64,000 nucleotides of DNA from a virus (taxonomy: Duplodnaviria; Caudoviricetes): the IMG/VR virus record IMGVR_UViG_3300020577_002484, positions 1 through 64,000 of that record; one strand, 5' to 3'. Positions 1 to 9,235 of the stretch are shown here, piece after piece. Each line of letters starts with the position of its first letter. The stretch's first letter is position 1. Made by a program: the position numbers and the translations under genes. The notes below the pieces were generated by a model. That model searched no databases, was not told the origin of the DNA, and worked only from the letters and a program-made list of their open reading frames with translations.

Positions 1-150
<150 letters not shown>

Positions 151-161
<11 letters not shown>

Positions 162-369
162 GGTGCCTGTACCTTTCAATCAGCGGCCTAATGACGATGG
201 ACTCATCATTGTAGACCTTTCCTTTGATGTAACCCTCAAAAACTACCCGACCGTTGCTCAACTCGACCGTGTTCAATACCTGATCACCTTCCTTAATACC
301 GTCCAACGACGCTAAGGAAAATCCCTCAGGTAGCTTGAATAGGAATCTCTTCCCGTTCGGTGCTTGCAC
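151..369 (-). CDS. Hypothetical protein
   Basis: ORF packed in the minus-strand operon. Confidence 0.6.
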
Positions 370-556
370 TCGGATCTTGATTGTTTAGTTCCTTTGGTAG
401 AATTTCCTCACGGAAAATTTCAAATCGAGAACCTGCATCCAACCCGATCCTTGCACCGTTACCACGAATTTCCAACAGTGTGATTTTCATCTTCGCTCCA
501 GTTTCCTTGTCGCGAATGATGATTGATTTGTTTATTCTACGATGAAGTACAAGCAT
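326..556 (-). CDS. csrA: CsrA/RsmA-family translational regulator
   Basis: MLVLHRRINKSIII...ITLLEIRGNGARIGLDA...IFREEI matches the CsrA pattern MLVLxRKxGESIxI...VRIGIxAP...IxREE. Confidence 0.8.
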   Translation of the reverse strand: MLVLHRRINKSIIIRDKETGAKMKITLLEIRGNGARIGLDAGSRFEIFREEILPKELNNQDPSASTEREEIPIQAT

Positions 557-560
557 TCCA

Positions 561-977
561 TTACTCCCACTTGTTAATGTAGGCGATCAACCCAGCACCG
601 GCCATAGCCACCAAAGGTAGCTGAGGAATTTGACCGGATGGGATTGAACTCATAACCACACTCTCGGTACTTACCACAATCCCTCTAACCGTATCACGGT
701 TGAAGGTCTTTTGGCTCAGATTATCCACCAAACTATCAACGACCTGATCAATCAACTTCTTCCCGTTCAGGACTTCGTTGTATTGAAGCAGACCACAAAT
801 AACCACAGACGCTAGTTCAAGCCCATTGTCCGCATTAGGTGCGACGTAGAACTTGTTCACAGCTTCTTTGATCTTCCAAGTCCACTCGGGAGGTTCTATC
901 TTCTCCCAAGAGGTACAACGGAAGTCCAGAACAGTCTTGGCCAAGGCAATTTGGCCCATATCAAGAATGTGACTCAC
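561..977 (-). CDS. Hypothetical protein with hydrophobic C-terminus
   Basis: ORF in operon; ATGA-type overlap with its neighbour. Confidence 0.65.
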   Translation of the reverse strand: MSHILDMGQIALAKTVLDFRCTSWEKIEPPEWTWKIKEAVNKFYVAPNADNGLELASVVICGLLQYNEVLNGKKLIDQVVDSLVDNLSQKTFNRDTVRGIVVSTESVVMSSIPSGQIPQLPLVAMAGAGLIAYINKWE

Positions 978-1783
978 TTTGAACTTTCGATTTGAGATTG
1001 AACAGTTTTAGGTAATGATACCCACAAATCCAAACCAGACACTATTTCAATCTCATCAACAGTAACCGTATAGTCTTGGGCCTTCAGGTTTCTCTCGTTA
1101 GGTACCATGTAGCTTACGCAACTGTACTTGCCAGATCCATCAAGGAACAGGCAAGACTTGGCGAAGTGCGTAGGTACCCATACCTTGGGTCCGACCAATT
1201 TGATATTCAACTCTTCCGTGGTGGAATAGTAAATTGGTATCGTTACCACCCAAGCCTTCAGATAACCACCCAGCCTGTACTTGTCCCTAACGGACTTCTC
1301 TATCCCGGCCCAAATACCCCTGTTCAATTCAGGGATTTGAGGAGCGATGTTGTCCATCTGGAAAGTAAAGTACAAACTGTCTCTTGAAGATTGATGATTG
1401 GCCGCAGGGGCCATGTGACCCCTGTCGTAGCCTATACCAATATAATCTTGCTGAGAGACGCGATGTTCATCAGGTAATGCTGGGTTTGGGTGGAACGGAT
1501 TGAATTCCCTAGGGACGTTGCTCTTCAGGATCTCGTCCGTGATCAGTTCGAGTACGAACCTAGGGTTGTGGGTCATGGGATCATAGCCCACATACATCTC
1601 ATTATTGGATGTGTTATACCCATAAACAGGGAGACCAAACCTCAGATCATCTGCCTTTAGTTTACATACACAGAACAATGAGATCCAAAGGGCCACTATG
1701 GCTAAGACTACCTGACTAAGAAGCGAGGAGAGTATTGGAGAGGATTTTCTCACGGATTTCCTTACCTTGATTGTAGTTTTCAA
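974..1783 (-). CDS. DNA/RNA non-specific endonuclease (NucA/EndoG family) with an N-terminal signal or anchor
   Basis: DRGHMAPAA, NIAPQ and LNRGIW motifs; hydrophobic LLSQVVLAIVALWISLFCVC. Confidence 0.9.
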   Translation of the reverse strand: MKTTIKVRKSVRKSSPILSSLLSQVVLAIVALWISLFCVCKLKADDLRFGLPVYGYNTSNNEMYVGYDPMTHNPRFVLELITDEILKSNVPREFNPFHPNPALPDEHRVSQQDYIGIGYDRGHMAPAANHQSSRDSLYFTFQMDNIAPQIPELNRGIWAGIEKSVRDKYRLGGYLKAWVVTIPIYYSTTEELNIKLVGPKVWVPTHFAKSCLFLDGSGKYSCVSYMVPNERNLKAQDYTVTVDEIEIVSGLDLWVSLPKTVQSQIESSK

Positions 1784-2015
1784 TGTTGTAGGACTTCTCC
1801 TGCGGTCGAGCGTAGAAGCCTCTGTTGAACTCCGTCACATAATCCGCACCAAAGTAATCGTAAATTGAATCTTGCTTCAACCCCTTGCTGAGCAGGATGA
1901 CAGACAAAGGGTGGGCGTACCCGTTGCTGATCCCAACAGTAACCGCGGGGGCAAGGTTGGTCTTGGTGTAAGCCTTCACGCAATCAGAAATGGTGATCAT
2001 TAGAACTCTTTCCAA
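1716..2015 (-). CDS. Hypothetical protein
   Basis: Fills the gap between dcd and the nuclease; true start probably MITISD. Confidence 0.5.
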   Translation of the reverse strand: MERVLMITISDCVKAYTKTNLAPAVTVGISNGYAHPLSVILLSKGLKQDSIYDYFGADYVTEFNRGFYARPQEKSYNIENYNQGKEIREKILSNTLLAS

Positions 2016-2566
2016 ATTCCAGAGGGTCTAACCTCTTTACTGTCTTGATACTTTTCACTGTCATAGAGATAACCCGGAGAAACAGTCTGATACCTGATCT
2101 GACAAAGCTTCATTCCGGGATATATCACTACTGGCTGCACACAGGCCAGTTCCAAAGTCCAACAACCCCTGAATCCATTATCACCATAACCAGCGGTCAC
2201 ATGAACGAAAACACCGAGACGACCAATAGATGATCGCCCGTCAATGATTGGTACCAGACCCTCAGTCTCAGTAAACTCGACCGTTTTGGCCAGATACAAA
2301 GTCCCCGGAATTAGTTCCAATCCTGATTTTGGTATTTTATTCTGAATAACATCATTCTCAACCCTAGAGTCCAACTTATAACTCTTGTAACACAGTAATT
2401 CTGTGTCGAGTGTTAGGTTGTAACTGTTAGGATTGAGATTCTGTTCAGAGAAGGGACTGATCCCAATGCGAAGTTTCTCAACATCGCATTGGGATTTCAG
2501 TTCCTTACTTACATCATTCACATTATGGTGAATGATGTTGTAAATGTCAAGACCCGAAAGGATCAA
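2000..2566 (-). CDS. dcd: dCTP deaminase
   Basis: NPNSYNLTL, GRSSIGRLG, TAGYGDNGFRGCWTLE, PGMKLCQI. Confidence 0.92.
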   Translation of the reverse strand: MILSGLDIYNIIHHNVNDVSKELKSQCDVEKLRIGISPFSEQNLNPNSYNLTLDTELLCYKSYKLDSRVENDVIQNKIPKSGLELIPGTLYLAKTVEFTETEGLVPIIDGRSSIGRLGVFVHVTAGYGDNGFRGCWTLELACVQPVVIYPGMKLCQIRYQTVSPGYLYDSEKYQDSKEVRPSGIWKEF

Positions 2567-2877
2567 GGTTTCCCGTTTCCTCCTTTACTGTAAATGTCTT
2601 TCTTACTCTCTAAGCCCAATTCACCTTGAAGAGCCAAACACTCATTCCCAATGGCCTCAACGAGTTTGGCTCTTTGATACTCAGTCAACTCGAAAATCTC
2701 CCCATCACATTTGATGGTAACAACCGACTTCCTTGTACTAAGGTGGCTGAACATACTGGAGATCGTCCTGATCATTTTATGGTTGGCGTAATGCTTGCGG
2801 ACCAGATCCTCATCTACACTCTTCACCTTGTCTCTGGATAACAGATAGGTATTGACGTCAGTGAATACCTCAGCCAC
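2563..2877 (-). CDS. Hypothetical protein
   Basis: ORF coupled to thyX and dcd. Confidence 0.6.
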   Translation of the reverse strand: MAEVFTDVNTYLLSRDKVKSVDEDLVRKHYANHKMIRTISSMFSHLSTRKSVVTIKCDGEIFELTEYQRAKLVEAIGNECLALQGELGLESKKDIYSKGGNGKP

Positions 2878-3841
2878 GATCGGTCACCTCAAAACCAATT
2901 CTCTTGATCTTGTCAAGGAATTCCTTGGACTCCCGTTTGTTCCCACAGTAGTCATATGCACCGATGGACGTACCAAGGATAAGCTTGTAAAGCTCCTCGA
3001 CCTCCGGGGCACTGAACGTGAGGGAATTCATCCGGTAGTCTGTGAACGCTTTCCAGACGTTGGGGTACAGTACCGAAACGATGTGCCCAATGTGGTTGGC
3101 GTACTCCCGAATCTCTTTCTGGGCGTGGCTGTCCATCCGAAGACCAAGGTAATGGAGAAGATTGTGGAGGTTAATCTTCCAATAAGCCTTGGTGTAGGTG
3201 GACAAGGGGAGATCCTTACGGGCCTGTTCACGGGCAACTCCGAGGGCGATTCTCTCTTCGTAAATCTCGCGAGTGGCCCCAAGGACCATTTGCTCACATT
3301 CACTCAGGTAGATACCCACACTCTCAGGCTTATCTGGGCCATCATGGATGAGGACATGGGGGTAGTCGGGAATGGAGATTTCCCAATGGTCCTCACTCTC
3401 ATTGTACTTGAAGGTAGTACCTTCGGGCCACTCAGTAACAAGCTCCCCAGAACCCTGTTTGTTGGTCTGGGACTGAGAACGCCACTCGTCATGGTTGGTC
3501 ATCCGAGCTTCGTCGATGGCCTCACTGTATCGGGTTGAATACTCGTTTACAGAGGCTGTACGATGCCGAATATGCTGACGCATGACATCAATGGGGAGGT
3601 AGATGAGGAACTTCAACTCAACCATTTCAAAGGGAGTCGAATGTCGGTGTCGCAACAAGTAGCGAATCAGGGTTACGTCGTCAGAGACGGACTTGGTACC
3701 CTCACCGTAAGAAACGCGGGCGGCCTGCACAATGGCAGATTCGTCGCCCATGACATCAACCAGTGACACAAAACCAATTTCATCATTGGTGAAGAACTTG
3801 TGCCAACGCAGTTTATCCAGTTCAAGAGAAAAAGCAGTCAT
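2870..3841 (-). CDS. thyX: Flavin-dependent thymidylate synthase
   Basis: QAARVSY, HSTPFE, RHRTASVNEYSTRY, EQARKDLP, AQKEIR. Confidence 0.95.
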   Translation of the reverse strand: MTAFSLELDKLRWHKFFTNDEIGFVSLVDVMGDESAIVQAARVSYGEGTKSVSDDVTLIRYLLRHRHSTPFEMVELKFLIYLPIDVMRQHIRHRTASVNEYSTRYSEAIDEARMTNHDEWRSQSQTNKQGSGELVTEWPEGTTFKYNESEDHWEISIPDYPHVLIHDGPDKPESVGIYLSECEQMVLGATREIYEERIALGVAREQARKDLPLSTYTKAYWKINLHNLLHYLGLRMDSHAQKEIREYANHIGHIVSVLYPNVWKAFTDYRMNSLTFSAPEVEELYKLILGTSIGAYDYCGNKRESKEFLDKIKRIGFEVTDRG

Positions 3842-3883
3842 TCATTGACCCTCTTAATAGGTAATTAGAAATGTGAAACAAAC

Positions 3884-3920
3884 CCTAGGCACCTCGAAGG
3901 GTTGGCATTAGGTGCCTAGG
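3884..3920 (-). terminator. Hairpin/terminator upstream of thyX
   Basis: CCTAGGCACCT-N15-AGGTGCCTAGG, followed by GTTTGTTT on the minus strand. Confidence 0.55.
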
Positions 3921-4026
3921 AAGGGAGGTTGTCGCTCCTTGACAATTAGCAACTGACAACATGCCAACTCATACAGTCAAGCTGCCATCCAAATGCTTGC
4001 ATTAGTGGAAGAAGGACATGTCCGGC

Positions 4027-4239
4027 TCAGGGGGTATAAGAGAATTTCTTCTTTTTGGCGTTGGGATCTTTTGTATCAGTAAAGGATAAAGGTACGTATA
4101 CCGTTCTCCCACGCCAACTCACGACAAGATGATCACCCTCCACCGAGGTCACACTCAACTTGATGCCAGACTTCATGGCACCATAATTACAACATAACCA
4201 GAACTGCTTCTTCAACGCGGGTCGTTGCAGTCGATCCAT
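4027..4239 (-). CDS. Small hypothetical protein
   Basis: ORF directly downstream of the CSD gene. Confidence 0.4.
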   Translation of the reverse strand: MDRLQRPALKKQFWLCCNYGAMKSGIKLSVTSVEGDHLVVSWRGRTVYVPLSFTDTKDPNAKKKKFSYTP

Positions 4240-4751
4240 CTTTCACCTTCCTTGTATTGAATGGTAAGAGCTGATTGTTCTTCGTTGTGGATACAGTTGT
4301 GGAACGAACTTCTCGGGAATTTCTTCCGGAGGTCGTTGATGTCAATCCCCTCCCACAGAGTCTCGTATCGAGCTTGACCCTCTCTGAACAGGCGACCAAC
4401 CTTAATAAACCCTGTCCTTCTATACAAACGATAGACTGGTCGGTTGGCGATGTCCTTCTCAGCCTGTAAAAAGGATTCAGGAAAGGCCCATTTGACAGCA
4501 CGTTTCTTTCCTGCAACCTCCTCCAAGACGTAGAGGATCTGATCACCTTGTTTCGGACACCTCAGATTTTGGCCGTCACCAGCGTGTCTGAACACTGGTT
4601 CATTACCACCATTGCAGACGTACTCCCCACCCTTTTGGATGTGGAAATATACATCCTTCTCACCGTCGATGATAAATCCATACCGCCGGGTAGGCTCCTC
4701 GAAAAATACCCGAACCTCTCCTGTTCTGACTTCTTCGTTATCTCCAGACAT
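4212..4751 (-). CDS. Cold-shock-domain (OB-fold) protein with C-terminal extension
   Basis: GEVRVFF...RRYGFIIDGEKDVYFH resembles the CSD RNP1/RNP2 motifs; start set at MSGDNEE. Confidence 0.7.
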   Translation of the reverse strand: MSGDNEEVRTGEVRVFFEEPTRRYGFIIDGEKDVYFHIQKGGEYVCNGGNEPVFRHAGDGQNLRCPKQGDQILYVLEEVAGKKRAVKWAFPESFLQAEKDIANRPVYRLYRRTGFIKVGRLFREGQARYETLWEGIDINDLRKKFPRSSFHNCIHNEEQSALTIQYKEGERWIDCNDPR

Positions 4752-4773
4752 ACGACACTTTCTACACCCAACA

Positions 4774-5172
4774 CTATGGGGTTTCAAGAAACCAAAGACG
4801 ATACTCTCTAGTTGCTGATGCCTCGGAATCTGATGAATGCACCAAGTTTCGAGGCCCAATAGCTGCTCCGTTCAGGAATCTTTCCCTCACACTAGAGGCA
4901 ACCTTACGACCCTTCGTAACCGCGGACTTGCCTGTGAATGAACAGGCGATCAATGGTTTACCTTCCATAGAACTGATCAGTCTCTCGAAGAACTCTCTGA
5001 GTTTGTGTTCTTCATAGTGCAGTTCGAGTAGTTCTCTTGGTGGGGATACCATTTTCATTCTTGACAGTTTCAAACCATGAGCCTCAAACTGAGAGATAGT
5101 TGTGCCAACTATATCCCTTTCAAGACAGTCTGGTTTCAACAAAACAACAGTCTTCAATCTGTCACTCCTCAT
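4774..5172 (-). CDS. ndk: Nucleoside diphosphate kinase
   Basis: TVVLLKPDC...G.I..FE and RNLVHSSDS with catalytic His; ATGA coupling at 5169-5172. Confidence 0.9.
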   Translation of the reverse strand: MRSDRLKTVVLLKPDCLERDIVGTTISQFEAHGLKLSRMKMVSPPRELLELHYEEHKLREFFERLISSMEGKPLIACSFTGKSAVTKGRKVASSVRERFLNGAAIGPRNLVHSSDSEASATREYRLWFLETP

Positions 5173-5447
5173 TTGCGAACTACCGGCAACCAGTGTTGGT
5201 AACAATCATCGTGAACTATGAACAACTTGTTGAAGCTGCTAACGTACTCACGAACCTTGTGACCATGCACAAACCCACAATGGCAAAGCTGACATTTTCC
5301 AGGATGGTGGTCTACCACCTTGACTGGAGAAGAACCCCAACGATCCATCATGTCAGCAGAACCAAGCCCCGCTGGGCCTATAATCTCATGCGTCTCTTCA
5401 GATTGCGGGGCGTAATCTGTGAAACCTAGCTTCCTTAGGGATGCCAT
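5169..5447 (-). CDS. Hypothetical protein, possible Zn-binding (CQLC...HDDC)
   Basis: Coupled ORF. Confidence 0.55.
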   Translation of the reverse strand: MASLRKLGFTDYAPQSEETHEIIGPAGLGSADMMDRWGSSPVKVVDHHPGKCQLCHCGFVHGHKVREYVSSFNKLFIVHDDCYQHWLPVVRK

Positions 5448-6468
5448 CTCTGGTCAATTCCCTGTAGGTGAACGTAACATTCATCCCCCTTTTGAAGTGT
5501 TTAGCCTCAATCCAGTCAGGCATAACCTCATCTGGATTGTTTGAGGCATAAGCAGTTGCCAATGGTGAGGCGAACTCCCTTTCCTCATTGGTCAACCCTG
5601 AAAGTAAAAGTCGATGACCATTGAAGTTAAGGATCAAAGCTCCAATGAGTCCAAGTAGCTTTGAACCTTTGTCAGTCTCCCTACCTGAAGTATATCCGGT
5701 AATGATACCCTCAGCATCGTCCTCCTTTTTGATCTTGACAATGTTGTGCATCCTGTGGGGCATCCAATACCCCAAAGGACAACGAACAATCAGCCCTTCA
5801 CCACCCTCAACCGTGATCTTGTGGCAAAGTTCCATAGCTTGCTCAACAGCCAAATCATGGTCTGGCAACAAACCAAACTGATCGTGAACCTCATACACAT
5901 CATTCTGTCTGAAGGTCAACAGTAGGCTGTGCCTGTCTCGATAATCATAATGATCCCGAGCTACTTTCCCAGAGAACTTGGTAGCCCACCAATCATAAGC
6001 TGTCGCTGGGATAAACTTACTGAAGTTGGTGTTATCAATGTACCTTTGTCCCAACAAGTTTTTCATGTTGGGAATGTCAAAGGCCATGAAACGAACCTTC
6101 CCCCAAGCCTCTTCATCCCTGTTCTTGGGAAACTTTCTGATGCAGGACTGAAGGTCTTGGAAACCTTGCCGCCCCATCCAAAGTTCACCATCCAATGGCA
6201 CGTTGGGCAGTTCGTCCAACCACCAGTCAGGGGCATGGTAGACGTTACCATATCTGGTCCAAAGACCCGTGGCCACAATGGGTTCACTGTGAATATGATC
6301 CTTCTCAGTGTTGGCCCAAGGGACATCCTTAGATAGGATACCCCTACTCACACCTCCATCCCAGAAGGCTCGTCCGCCATCCAATTTCTCAGAAGCGTAG
6401 TACCCACCTATCCTGTGCTTCTTGGGGTTGAAGGGGTGGGCGAGCATGAGGAATTCATCTTTCGACAT
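5398..6468 (-). CDS. ATP-dependent DNA ligase
   Basis: SEKLDG (adenylated Lys), LDGELW, FMAFDI, EGLIVR, KIKK motifs and OB domain. Confidence 0.92.
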   Translation of the reverse strand: MSKDEFLMLAHPFNPKKHRIGGYYASEKLDGGRAFWDGGVSRGILSKDVPWANTEKDHIHSEPIVATGLWTRYGNVYHAPDWWLDELPNVPLDGELWMGRQGFQDLQSCIRKFPKNRDEEAWGKVRFMAFDIPNMKNLLGQRYIDNTNFSKFIPATAYDWWATKFSGKVARDHYDYRDRHSLLLTFRQNDVYEVHDQFGLLPDHDLAVEQAMELCHKITVEGGEGLIVRCPLGYWMPHRMHNIVKIKKEDDAEGIITGYTSGRETDKGSKLLGLIGALILNFNGHRLLLSGLTNEEREFASPLATAYASNNPDEVMPDWIEAKHFKRGMNVTFTYRELTRDGIPKEARFHRLRPAI

Positions 6469-7178
6469 CGAATACTCCTAAAGACTTTGTTGATCTCTTC
6501 AAGCATAATGCTACGAACCGCGTCTTTGTCGGTCAACTCAACAGACTTCATGTGTACCAAATCTTGACTACGAACCTCATCATACACCTCCAGTAAACCC
6601 GAGTTCTCACGAGGTATATCAATCTGATCAGGATCACCAAGAATCACACATCTACTGTTACTGTCCAGTCTGCTCAACACCATGTACAATTGCTTTCCTG
6701 TCATGTTTTGTGCCTCATCCACAACTACAAATGAGTTGCGAAAGGTGCGACCACGCATGAAGGAGAGTGGTATGATCTCAATATTGTACATGTTTTTGGT
6801 AGGTTGGGAACCCTCGGTCTTATTCTCACCCGACAGGGTGTGAATGTGGGAGAGTGCTTCTACCATAGGTTGCATATAAGGCTCGGTCTTATCCGCTATT
6901 GGGCCGGGCAAGTAGCCCATGCCTGCATCAGCCTCAATGAGAGGTCTGGTAAAAATAATCTTAGCAACCTTACTCTGTCTTGCGGCCTCACAAGCTAGAG
7001 CGACGGCTAGAAGTGTCTTACCAGTACCAGCTACACCTTTACACACAACTATCCTAGTATTTCTAACTACCTCTGCAAAGTTCCTCTGTCCTTCAGAGGC
7101 AAATTTCAACTTAATCCTCCCGGTAAAGATACCTTCACGGGAGGCGTCGAAGGGGTTCATCTCAGGATCGGTTCCCAA
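6408..7178 (-). CDS. phoH: PhoH-family ATPase
   Basis: GVAGTGKT, RPLIEA, MGYLPG, FMRGRTF, VDEAQN, GDPDQID. Confidence 0.95.
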   Translation of the reverse strand: MGTDPEMNPFDASREGIFTGRIKLKFASEGQRNFAEVVRNTRIVVCKGVAGTGKTLLAVALACEAARQSKVAKIIFTRPLIEADAGMGYLPGPIADKTEPYMQPMVEALSHIHTLSGENKTEGSQPTKNMYNIEIIPLSFMRGRTFRNSFVVVDEAQNMTGKQLYMVLSRLDSNSRCVILGDPDQIDIPRENSGLLEVYDEVRSQDLVHMKSVELTDKDAVRSIMLEEINKVFRSIRCRKMNSSCSPTPSTPRSTG

Positions 7179-7375
7179 AGGGTTTTTCCTTTAGCCACAG
7201 TGACTGGCCTTAAGAGTTGTTCAGGTGTCATATCAACCTCTGTACAAGCCTTTACCGCTTCACCTAAGTCTTGGAAGAAACCCTTGAAAGGGTGTAGCCA
7301 CCAAGTCTCAAAAGATTCAATGTTCTCACCCAAGTCCCCTTGAGTGATGGTATGATTGACTAAACTAACGGACAT
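7157..7375 (-). CDS. Hypothetical protein
   Basis: Coupled ORF. Confidence 0.6.
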   Translation of the reverse strand: MSVSLVNHTITQGDLGENIESFETWWLHPFKGFFQDLGEAVKACTEVDMTPEQLLRPVTVAKGKTLWEPILR

Positions 7376-7574
7376 TCTGTCCGCCTAGGTCAACCTTTGA
7401 GTTAACTAAAGTGTTCTCCGAACCAGCAAAGTCCCTGAAGAACTTTTGCTTTTTCTCCTTAGTCAGAGACATTGTTGACTTATTGGAGAATGGGACAGGC
7501 AAGGTAGTGACACCATTTGCCTTGGCCCAATCCACAATTCGTCTCTCACTATCAGGAAACGTGATCGTGTACAT
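7365..7574 (-). CDS. Hypothetical protein
   Basis: Coupled ORF. Confidence 0.55.
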   Translation of the reverse strand: MYTITFPDSERRIVDWAKANGVTTLPVPFSNKSTMSLTKEKKQKFFRDFAGSENTLVNSKVDLGGQNVR

Positions 7575-7881
7575 TCTGTTCTTCCCTGGGTTTTACCTGA
7601 AGCATGTGATCGTTAACCTCGACAACTTCAATGATCTCCTCCTCACCACCCTCATGCTTGATAGTGATCACAGACCCCGGTACGAGAAGTATCATAGATA
7701 CCTCTGCATTGGGCAAATGTTCTACCTTGAACCGCATAAGGGCATCAGGGGAAATCTTTACATGCTTTGATGCTGGCAAACGAACCACATCCACCATACC
7801 TTGATCAATACACTTTCTGAGCAAGTTTGGTGAGATACCAAGCATCTCCGCGGATTCATTAACTGAATAGCTCTTTGACAT
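7552..7881 (-). CDS. Excisionase/MerR-like HTH DNA-binding protein
   Basis: YSVNESAEMLGISPNLLRKCIDQG. Confidence 0.75.
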   Translation of the reverse strand: MSKSYSVNESAEMLGISPNLLRKCIDQGMVDVVRLPASKHVKISPDALMRFKVEHLPNAEVSMILLVPGSVITIKHEGGEEEIIEVVEVNDHMLQVKPREEQNVHDHVS

Positions 7882-8413
7882 GACTTTCTAATCTCTCAAA
7901 TGCGTTGTCGCAATGAGGATGATTCGCGTTCCATCTTCTAGCATACAAGTGGACCAACCCACCTGCTTCTGTGAAATCCTTCACGTTGTGATCACCGTCA
8001 TCGACCAACAAAGAAGTAGCTCTAGCACAAACGTGCTTACAGGCACCCAACAGGTTTCTCTTTCTTGTGAACTGCGGGAAGTGCTTGTGGAGCCATCTGT
8101 GCTTACCAACCATTGTTTCTGGCTTGCTTCCGGGCGTTGACAGGATATAGATGCGACTACCAAAATAACCCTCTAACAATCTAACAATGTCGTGGGCTTC
8201 CTCGGTAGGATCGAGGTTCTCGAAGAAGTCTGCATCGACCCCTTTCCAGAACTGGTTATCACTGATCCCCCATAACTTGGCCATGCTCCACTCGCCGAGT
8301 GCTTCATGGTTTCCGTCGTGGTAAGGATAAGGGAGCTGTCTAAGCTCACATATGCCTTTAGTGAAATCAGCAATGACACCATCCATATCCAGAACGCACA
8401 TATCAGGTTTCAT
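7859..8413 (-). CDS. 5'(3')-deoxyribonucleotidase (HAD family)
   Basis: DMDGVIADF, GKHRWL, LLVDDGDHNV. Confidence 0.85.
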   Translation of the reverse strand: MKPDMCVLDMDGVIADFTKGICELRQLPYPYHDGNHEALGEWSMAKLWGISDNQFWKGVDADFFENLDPTEEAHDIVRLLEGYFGSRIYILSTPGSKPETMVGKHRWLHKHFPQFTRKRNLLGACKHVCARATSLLVDDGDHNVKDFTEAGGLVHLYARRWNANHPHCDNAFERLESHVKELFS

Positions 8414-8766
8414 TCGATCTTTCTTTTGATGTTGTTCGGATCTCTCCAGTCGCCGAACATTTCCACAATCATATCATCAACCTCCTTTGACCCTGTACTA
8501 GGACTCTTCACCATTTTCAATTTGTCATATGAATTGCTCAAGAAAGCAATCTTACGTTTTTGGGCATCCTTCTCTATCTCAAGAAGGTTTTTCTCTTTGG
8601 AACTGATCTTTGGTTTGGATTTTTGTTTCTTCCTTTTCATCTTCTTAGGTGGGAGTGAGGGGAGGTAGACGAGTTCACGATCTTCCTTTCGGAAGCAAGC
8701 TGGACAATGTGGTAGCCTACCTTTATCCTGACAGGTCATACACATGATCATGCTACCAACCTCCAA
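8410..8766 (-). CDS. Hypothetical protein (CMTC...CPAC, Lys-rich)
   Basis: Coupled ORF. Confidence 0.55.
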   Translation of the reverse strand: MEVGSMIMCMTCQDKGRLPHCPACFRKEDRELVYLPSLPPKKMKRKKQKSKPKISSKEKNLLEIEKDAQKRKIAFLSNSYDKLKMVKSPSTGSKEVDDMIVEMFGDWRDPNNIKRKIE

Positions 8767-8787
8767 ATGATTACTAACACGGTAAGA

Positions 8788-9222
8788 TCAAAGCAAACGG
8801 CCCAAAGGACCACTGGACCTACTACCGGGTCGCTCTCGTAACCCACGGCGGCGAACCTTACACACAGTGACACCATGATTGTAACGCTCCTTGTTACTAT
8901 AACTCACCTCACGGACCAGTTTGAGACTGAGTTCATTGTCGGTCAGTCTGATCACTTCAAGATACAGTCTATGGTTCTTTGCAGAACTATCTGCACCATA
9001 CTCGACCATGTGCCCAACCTTCAGGTAAGAAGGTATGATGTACATGGTCCGAGCAGGTGTACGCTCAAAGAACATCCTGTTAAGAGATCCCCTTTTGGAG
9101 GGATCGAACTGAACGAGAGCCATCCAGTTCTTTGAACCCTTGCCAAGCTGGAAGCAAGGGTGTTGAACTGCTCGATCGTAAATCTTGAAGATCAACAGAC
9201 CATCACTTAACGTGAAAGACAT
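8788..9222 (-). CDS. Hypothetical protein
   Basis: ORF in operon. Confidence 0.65.
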   Translation of the reverse strand: MSFTLSDGLLIFKIYDRAVQHPCFQLGKGSKNWMALVQFDPSKRGSLNRMFFERTPARTMYIIPSYLKVGHMVEYGADSSAKNHRLYLEVIRLTDNELSLKLVREVSYSNKERYNHGVTVCKVRRRGLRERPGSRSSGPLGRLL

Positions 9223-9235
9223 TCCATGACCTTTC

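Noticed and set aside
2852-3538. 228-aa plus-strand ORF
   Set aside because: Antisense to thyX
7552-7881. Evidence of a temperate lifestyle from the excisionase-like HTH
   Set aside because: No integrase, att site or repressor in the window; such HTH proteins occur in lytic phages
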